A stretch of 64,000 nucleotides of DNA from an archaeon (lineage in GTDB: Archaea; Methanobacteriota_B; Thermococci; Methanofastidiosales; NM3), in the NCBI GenBank assembly GCA_004212155.1, contig RXIG01000008.1:1-64000 (forward strand). Direction: 5' to 3'. Positions 58,249 to 64,000 of the stretch are shown here, in pieces. The position numbers and the translations under genes are program-made. The notes below the pieces were generated by a model. It saw only the letters and a program-made list of their open reading frames with translations. It made no database searches and had not been told where the DNA came from. The first letter of the stretch is position 1, and every line of letters starts with the position of its first letter.

Positions 58249-58699
58249 AATCGTCGAATCGTTCGAAGTGCTTGATCGCTGTGAGCTCGGCGTCGAGCAG
58301 ATGGAAGTGTGACGCCTCCATCTCGGAGAGGTAGCGCAGCAGCGCGCTTTCCTCAGCTCCCTCCACCACCTCGGCAAGCGAAGCGTAGAATCTGCGAGCC
58401 GCGTCCTCGCCGCCCTTGGCGAGCTCAAAAAGCTCTGAGAGCGACTTCTCGGGGTCGAAGGCAAGCGATGGAAGCTCGAGCGACTCCATGCGTTCGCTCG
58501 ACACTGTGGCCGAGACGCCCTTTCGCTTCATGAGCGCGGCGATGGCGTTCTTGTGGCGCCCTTCCTCCTCGGCGAGCCCGGCGATCTGCTCCTTCAAAAA
58601 GTACTGGTCCGTCTTGTTCTTGAGGTGAAGGTAGAACGTCTGCGCTTCAGCCTCCGATGTAATAGCGATCTGCAAAATATCCTTTACCGTATATCCCAT
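58220..58699 (-). CDS. Ferritin-like / rubrerythrin-family di-iron protein
   Basis: AI.SE..A..FY, EEGRH, E..A..FY, MEASH. Confidence 0.88.
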   Translation of the reverse strand: MGYTVKDILQIAITSEAEAQTFYLHLKNKTDQYFLKEQIAGLAEEEGRHKNAIAALMKRKGVSATVSSERMESLELPSLAFDPEKSLSELFELAKGGEDAARRFYASLAEVVEGAEESALLRYLSEMEASHFHLLDAELTAIKHFERFDDFNEMMHAGP

Positions 58700-58707
58700 T
58701 TGTTCAC

Positions 58708-59880
58708 CTACCTGTCGAAAAATCCCTTTGGCGTGAGCGGTGACATCCTCCTCAACCGGTCCACGACCGGCGGCAGCTTCTCCAGGAGGAAGTCGATATC
58801 GTCATCGGTGGTCAAGCGGCCCATGTTGAACTGGACCGACCCGTGCGCCTCCTCGTTGGACTGGCCGATCGCCGAGAGCACGTGCGACGCCGAGAGAGTC
58901 TTCGAAGAGCATGCGGAGCCTGTGGATGCGGCGATGCCGTAATTGGAAAGCGAGAGCAGCATCGCTTCTCCCTCTATGTAGTCGAAGAGGAAGTTGACGT
59001 TGTTTGGCACGCGCTGCTGCCTGTCGCCGTTGAGGTGCGTGTCGGGAATGGCCTCGAAGGCGCCGTCGATGAGCTTCGTCTGAAGGTGCGAGAGGTGCGC
59101 GATGTCGCGTGTAAGGCGCCTTTGCGCAAGCTCTGCCGCAGCGCCCATGCCCACGATGCCAGCCACGTTCTCGGTGCCGGAGCGAATGCCCCATTCCTGT
59201 CCGCCGCCATGCATCACCGGCTCGATGCGCACGCCGCGCCTGATGTAGAGCGCGCCCATGCCCTTGGGACCGTAGATATCATTTGACGAAAGCGTGATCA
59301 GGTCGGCACCGCAGTCATTGGCATCGACGAGGATGCGCCCCACGGCAGCGGTCGCATCGGTATGAACGGGGATGTTGCGCTCATGCGCCCGCTCGGCGAT
59401 CTCCTTGATGGGCTGCACGGTGCCTATCTCGTTGTTTGCAAACATTACCGATACGAGGACCGTCTCTTCGGTCATGGCATCCGCCACTGCATCTGCATCG
59501 ACGATGCCGTTTGGCTCCACCGGCACGCGGGTCACCTCGAATCCCTCCTTTTCCAACGCCTTGAGCGGCGTGTGGACGGCCCAGTGCTCGATGTTGGTGG
59601 TCACGATATGGGTGCCGCGCCTCCTTGCGCGGCGTGCCACGCCCTTGAGGGCGAGGTTGTTCGATTCGGTGGCCCCCGACGTGAAGACGACCTTGTCGCC
59701 CTCGCCGGCACCAACAAACGACACGACCTGAGCGCGTGCGGCCTCGACCGCTTCGCGCACTGCATCGCCGTATTCGTGCAGTGAGGAGGGGTTACCAAAA
59801 TGAGTGGTAAAGAAGGGCTTCATGGCCTCGAAGACCTGTTCGTCGACAGGCATGCCGGCCCCGTAGTCGAAGTAGAGCAT
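58708..59880 (-). CDS. iscS: Cysteine desulfurase (IscS/NifS type)
   Basis: GNPSSLH, FTSGATESNN, ANNEIG, RSGTEN, STGSACSS. The usual HK PLP-lysine site reads SSNDIYGPKG. Confidence 0.88.
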   Translation of the reverse strand: MLYFDYGAGMPVDEQVFEAMKPFFTTHFGNPSSLHEYGDAVREAVEAARAQVVSFVGAGEGDKVVFTSGATESNNLALKGVARRARRRGTHIVTTNIEHWAVHTPLKALEKEGFEVTRVPVEPNGIVDADAVADAMTEETVLVSVMFANNEIGTVQPIKEIAERAHERNIPVHTDATAAVGRILVDANDCGADLITLSSNDIYGPKGMGALYIRRGVRIEPVMHGGGQEWGIRSGTENVAGIVGMGAAAELAQRRLTRDIAHLSHLQTKLIDGAFEAIPDTHLNGDRQQRVPNNVNFLFDYIEGEAMLLSLSNYGIAASTGSACSSKTLSASHVLSAIGQSNEEAHGSVQFNMGRLTTDDDIDFLLEKLPPVVDRLRRMSPLTPKGFFDR

Positions 59881-59888
59881 GGTATCAC

Positions 59889-60248
59889 CTAGAAGTATAG
59901 CGTGCCGTCGGCCTCGAGGACAAGCTTGTTGAGCGTAGCGGCGCCGACGATCTCGACGTCGTCGCGAAGCGATCCCTTCTCGAGTCCGAGAAGCTGTGCC
60001 GACTGTTCACAGGCATAAAGCGTCACGCCTGCGTCGACGGCCTGCTGTATCACGTCGGAGAGCGCGGGGAACGAACCCATGCGGACAAATGCCGCCTCGC
60101 CCTTCTGGACGATGGTGAGTCCCTTGATGAGGAAGTATATCGTTGCGTCGACGCCCATGGCCTGGGCGGTCGTGGCGAGGATGAACGGCGCGTAGGTGCG
60201 CTCGGGGGTGTCGATGCCGCTTGTCTGCACGTAGAGCAGCTTCTTCAT
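59889..60248 (-). CDS. DsrE/DsrF-like protein
   Basis: PER.YAPF.LA..A.AM, GVTLYACEQS, IVGAATL. Confidence 0.88.
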   Translation of the reverse strand: MKKLLYVQTSGIDTPERTYAPFILATTAQAMGVDATIYFLIKGLTIVQKGEAAFVRMGSFPALSDVIQQAVDAGVTLYACEQSAQLLGLEKGSLRDDVEIVGAATLNKLVLEADGTLYF

Positions 60249-60481
60249 TTTTCACCGCCCCGCTTGCGGATGACAAACTCCCAGTGGTCATCCTTCTCGG
60301 CAGTCGAGACGAGCTCGTTGCCTGATATGTCGGCCCACGACTCGACGTCGCGCGGCGCCGACGGGTCGTCTGCTCGCAACACGACCGTGTCGCCTTCCTC
60401 GATCCTTTTTATCGCCTGGCCCAGTCTCACGATGGGCTCGGGACAGAACAATCCAATCGCATCGATCTCTTCAGTCGCTAT
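60245..60481 (-). CDS. tusA: TusA/SirA-family sulfur carrier
   Basis: (I)ATEEIDAIGLFCPEPIV..ADDPSA..DV.SW...GNEL; start at ATA 60481 after GGAGG. Confidence 0.88.
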   Translation of the reverse strand: MATEEIDAIGLFCPEPIVRLGQAIKRIEEGDTVVLRADDPSAPRDVESWADISGNELVSTAEKDDHWEFVIRKRGGEK

Positions 60482-60804
60482 GGGAATTCCTCCTTGAGCT
60501 TGCTGCACTCGGCCCATGGGACGCCATGCGGGCATACCTCCTGGTCCCGGTGCATGAGACAGTACATCACACAGATGATGGGCACCATCTTGAGTGAGTA
60601 CAATCGTTGCTTGCCGCACTTCTTGCAGTCGACCACCTCGACCTGGCGCAGCTTGGCGAGCTGATGGGACGTCGCAGAAATCGACATGCCAAGCTCGTGC
60701 GACAGTTCGGTGACGGTACGCGGCTCCTTCCACAGCATGCGTATGATCCGTAACCTGTTTTCGTCCGAGAGTGAGGAGAAAAATGAACCAAGTTCCCGCT
60801 CCAT
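60478..60804 (-). CDS. ArsR/SmtB family repressor with Cys-rich C-terminus
   Basis: FSSLSDENRLRII..L..TVTELS....S.SATSHQL.KLR..G.QRLYSL. Confidence 0.9.
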   Translation of the reverse strand: MERELGSFFSSLSDENRLRIIRMLWKEPRTVTELSHELGMSISATSHQLAKLRQVEVVDCKKCGKQRLYSLKMVPIICVMYCLMHRDQEVCPHGVPWAECSKLKEEFP

Positions 60805-60807
60805 ACA

Positions 60808-60847
60808 GTTGAATGAACTTTCAAATATAAATAAGTTTCTATTCAAC
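60808..60847. promoter_or_regulatory. Inverted repeat straddling the TATA box of the ArsR operon (putative operator)
   Basis: GTTGAATGAACTT ... AAGTTTCTATTCAAC flanks ATATAAAT (TTTATAT on the minus strand). Confidence 0.6.
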
Positions 60848-60991
60848 GAACTTATTGGGATTTTTGTCGAATTCATCCTTGCACGCTCGACAACAAAAGT
60901 AGAAAACCGTGTCATTGAACGTGCTTTTGTGCTTGACGGTCTTCGGGTCCACATCCATCTTGCAAACAGGGTCTATCGCCATGATACCGCC

Positions 60992-61486
60992 TCACCCCTG
61001 CGGGAAGCTGTACTCGTCCCACATGAACCATCGGCCCGTGTCGTCGAGGTAGCTGCGCGTCTCATCGAGGATCTCGTAATGGCGCTCCTCCTCGTAGGCG
61101 AGCTGCTCGAAGATCCGCTTCATCTTGGAGTCGTCCTGGTCGGCGGCCATCTGCTTGTAATGCTTGTAGCCCTTGCGTTCCATATCGAGGGCCATCTCGA
61201 GCGCCTCGCGGTCGCTGGCCTTGTCTGAGACCGCATCAGAGGCGGCAGAGACCTCGCTGAATATCGTTGCCAGTTCCCGCTTGGGGTCGACGAACGCGAG
61301 GTCGTCCAAGCATACGTCCTCCTCGCATGATAGCTTTTCAAGGAATGCAAGATGGCGTTTCTCATCCTCGACAAGCGAGAGGAACATCTTCTTCCCCAGC
61401 TCGTCCTTTGTCTTTTCGGCTGCCTTAGAATAGAATTCTATACCGTCCTTTTCGGTCTTTATGGCAATCTCAATAGCTTCGTTCAT
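60992..61486 (-). CDS. Ferritin-like / rubrerythrin-family di-iron protein
   Basis: AIKTEKDGIEFY, EDEKRH, MERKGYKHY, EEERH. Confidence 0.9.
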   Translation of the reverse strand: MNEAIEIAIKTEKDGIEFYSKAAEKTKDELGKKMFLSLVEDEKRHLAFLEKLSCEEDVCLDDLAFVDPKRELATIFSEVSAASDAVSDKASDREALEMALDMERKGYKHYKQMAADQDDSKMKRIFEQLAYEEERHYEILDETRSYLDDTGRWFMWDEYSFPQG

Positions 61487-61502
61487 CTAAATCCTCCCTA
61501 GA

Positions 61503-63848
61503 TTATGTATCCTTTCCACGTATTTTAACGTTTCGAAGCAGGAGCGAGTTGGTCACCACAGACACCGATGACAGCGACATGGCAAGCGCCGCGAACTCCG
61601 GGCGCATGGTGACGCCCACCGACGAGAACAGTCCCGCGGCGACCGGAATCATGACAACATTGTAGACGAGCGCCCAGAACATGTTCTGGCGGATCTTGCC
61701 ATAGATCCTTTTGGAAAGCGAAAACGCGCCCACGACGTCCCGGAGGTCGTTTCGTACGAGCACGATGTCGCCTGACTCGATGGCGATGTCGGACCCCGAG
61801 CCGATGGCGATGCCCGCGTCGGCCTGTATGAGCGCCGGCGCATCGTTGATGCCGTCGCCCACCATGGCCACGCGCTCGCCGCGCTTTTGTAGCGCCTCGA
61901 TCTCGTGCGCCTTGTCCTCCGGGAGTACGTTTGATATCACGTCGCCAATGCCGATCGAGCCTGCGATCGAGCGCGCCGTGGTCTCGTTGTCCCCGGTAAG
62001 CATGATTACCGTGATGCCCATGCCCTTGAGCTCATCGACGACCGCGCGCGCCTCGGGCTTGACCGTGTCGGCGACAACGACCCATCCGAGGAACGCATCA
62101 CCGCGTGCCAGATAGATGACGCTTTTGCCCTCGCGCTCATGCGACGAGGCCTCATCGGTGACGGAGACATCATGCTCCTCGAGGAATCGCCTGTTGCCCA
62201 GGTAGTGCACGGCGCCGTCGATGGTGGCGACCACGCCCTTGCCGGGTACGGTGTCAAAGTCGGTGACCTCGCGTCCGTCCAGCCCCAGCTCGTCTGCCTT
62301 GGCGACGATCGCGTCGGCCAGGGGGTGTGACGCCTTGCGCTCGATGGAGGCCGCCGTCCCGAGCGCCTCGTCGGATGAATGCGATGTGACGCGCGGCGTG
62401 CCGAGTGTCAGCGTTCCCGTCTTGTCAAAGACCACGGTGGTCGCCGCATGGACCGTCTCGAGCGCCTCGCCGCTCTTGATCAGGATGCCGTTTGTCGCGC
62501 CGACGCCCGTTCCCACGGTAATGGCGGTGGGCGTGGCAAGCCCCAGCGCGCAGGGGCACGCCACGACGAGCACGGCGATCATCGTGGTAAGCGAGAAGAA
62601 AAACGTCGCATCGAAGGCGAGGTACCAGAGCGCAAGCGAGAGCACCGCTATCGATGCGACAACGGGGACGAAGTAGGCGGCGACCCGGTCGGCGAACCGC
62701 TGTATGGGGGGCTTTGACGCCTGCGCCCTCTCCACGAACGCCACGATCTGCGAGAGCAGCGCGTCGGCGCCCACCTTCGTTGCCCTCACGCGTATGAATC
62801 CGTTCTTGTTGATGGTGGCGCCATAGACCTCGCTTCCCTCCGACTTCTCCTGGGGGATCGGCTCGCCGGTGAGCATCGACTCGTCGATGGTGGAGTAGCC
62901 CTCGGCGACCACGCCGTCGACAGGCACCTTCTCCCCGGGACGAACGATGACGATGTCGCCCTCGCGGATGAACTCAACGGGCATCTCCACCTCGGTGCCG
63001 TCGCGCTCGACGACCGCATACTTGGCCTGGAGCGCAACGAGCTTTTGCAGCGCCTGGGACGTCTTGCCCTTGGCAATCGACTCCATCATCTTGCCGAAGA
63101 TGACAAAGGTGAATATCATCGCCGTCGTCTCGTAGAAGAGTGGGCCGTCGTAGAAGAACGTCGAACCCACCGAGTAGAGGTATGCTGCCGACGTGCCCAT
63201 GATCACGAGCACGTCCATGTTGGCCGATGCGTTGCGAAGCGAGTAATAGGCGCCACGGTAGAACGAGCTGCCGGAGATGAACTGCACCGGCGTCGTCATG
63301 AGGAAGAGCACGAGCGCCTTTGACGGCACGTCGAAGAAATGTGTGATGAGTATGATGGGGATCGAGAGCGCCAGGGTGAAGGCAAAGAGATTGCGAAACG
63401 GCGCATGCTCTGCGGCGCGTTCGCTTTGCCTTTTCGTGACAACAGAGTATCCGAGATCCTCGATGGTGGCGGCGATCGCATCCATCGACGTGACGAGCGG
63501 GTCATAGGACACGAACGCCTTTCCCGTCGAGACGTTGACGGTCGCCGTACCGACGCCGTCAAGCTTTGCGAGTCCCTCCTCGATGGAGCGGGCGCAGTTG
63601 GCGCAGTGCATGCCCTCGACTGCGAGGACCGCCTGGTCCTTGCCGACACCGTAGCCCTGCTGGCGTATCACCTCGGCGAGCTCTGCGCCGCTGACACGCT
63701 CGTCGTCATAGGTCACGGTCGCCGTGTTGAGCGAGAGATTGAGCGTCGCCTCGAGGACGCCCTCTGTATCATTGAGGCGTGCCTCGATGGAGCGGGCGCA
63801 GTTGGCGCAGTGCATGCCTGTTATCGGAACGGTCACGGTACGATTCAT
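61503..63848 (-). CDS. copA: Copper-translocating P1B-type ATPase
   Basis: Two GMHCANC metal-binding domains, [29 protein letters not shown] and MSLSS motifs. Confidence 0.95.
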   Translation of the reverse strand: MNRTVTVPITGMHCANCARSIEARLNDTEGVLEATLNLSLNTATVTYDDERVSGAELAEVIRQQGYGVGKDQAVLAVEGMHCANCARSIEEGLAKLDGVGTATVNVSTGKAFVSYDPLVTSMDAIAATIEDLGYSVVTKRQSERAAEHAPFRNLFAFTLALSIPIILITHFFDVPSKALVLFLMTTPVQFISGSSFYRGAYYSLRNASANMDVLVIMGTSAAYLYSVGSTFFYDGPLFYETTAMIFTFVIFGKMMESIAKGKTSQALQKLVALQAKYAVVERDGTEVEMPVEFIREGDIVIVRPGEKVPVDGVVAEGYSTIDESMLTGEPIPQEKSEGSEVYGATINKNGFIRVRATKVGADALLSQIVAFVERAQASKPPIQRFADRVAAYFVPVVASIAVLSLALWYLAFDATFFFSLTTMIAVLVVACPCALGLATPTAITVGTGVGATNGILIKSGEALETVHAATTVVFDKTGTLTLGTPRVTSHSSDEALGTAASIERKASHPLADAIVAKADELGLDGREVTDFDTVPGKGVVATIDGAVHYLGNRRFLEEHDVSVTDEASSHEREGKSVIYLARGDAFLGWVVVADTVKPEARAVVDELKGMGITVIMLTGDNETTARSIAGSIGIGDVISNVLPEDKAHEIEALQKRGERVAMVGDGINDAPALIQADAGIAIGSGSDIAIESGDIVLVRNDLRDVVGAFSLSKRIYGKIRQNMFWALVYNVVMIPVAAGLFSSVGVTMRPEFAALAMSLSSVSVVTNSLLLRNVKIRGKDT

Positions 63849-63872
63849 CAGACAACACCTGTTGCGTTGACG

Positions 63873-64000
63873 TTAACCATGGAAGTACTCCGTGCCGGTA
63901 TGGGGCTCGTGGTACTCCTTTCCGGGTATGCCCACCGCATCGGCCCTGCACTGTCTGCAGAGGCGAAACTGCGGAAGGTATCGTTCGGCCTCCTCGCGTG
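63873..64000 (-). CDS. C-terminal end of a NifB-family radical SAM protein (partial)
   Basis: REEAERYLPQFRLCRQCRADAVGIPGK..EYFHG*; the CRQCRADA.G motif is characteristic of NifB. Confidence 0.75.
   Translation of the reverse strand, partial: REEAERYLPQFRLCRQCRADAVGIPGKEYHEPHTGTEYFHG

Noticed and set aside
1-64000. CRISPR array, tRNA, rRNA, IS/transposase or integrase
   Set aside because: No spaced direct-repeat array, tRNA cloverleaf, rRNA-like tract or transposase motif was seen by eye; tRNAscan/Infernal would be needed to exclude small RNAs fully.

Overview
GC-rich archaeal chromosomal window with no rRNA, tRNA, CRISPR array or IS element visible. The core genes (rpl7ae-rps28e-rpl24e-ndk-infB-rps6e, secF-secD-trkA, trmI, carS, tbp, srp54, ef1b, rpo6, fen) point by eye to a Thermococci-related lineage such as Methanofastidiosa/Theionarchaea; this assignment is inference, based mainly on SRP54. 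The window also carries a Methanosarcina-like methanol methyltransferase cluster (mtaA-mtaC-mtaB-ramA-CobW GTPase), an aconitase-IDH-citrate synthase operon, argGH, lipid genes, a BtuFCD-type ABC transporter, an ArsR-TusA-DsrE-IscS sulfur-relay cluster next to copA and a NifB-like gene, and several large secreted proteins. Four signals stand out. (1) Five conserved genes have ATA or ATC, not ATG/GTG/TTG, at the Shine-Dalgarno-defined start position, suggesting routine AUA/AUC initiation. (2) Three secreted proteins with two different passenger types end in the same 77-78 aa helical domain, a candidate surface-sorting signal. (3) A tandem kink-turn in the rpl7ae leader masks its own SD. (4) Several micro-proteins were missed by the ORF track. 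All calls are by-eye motif recognition; no searches were run.
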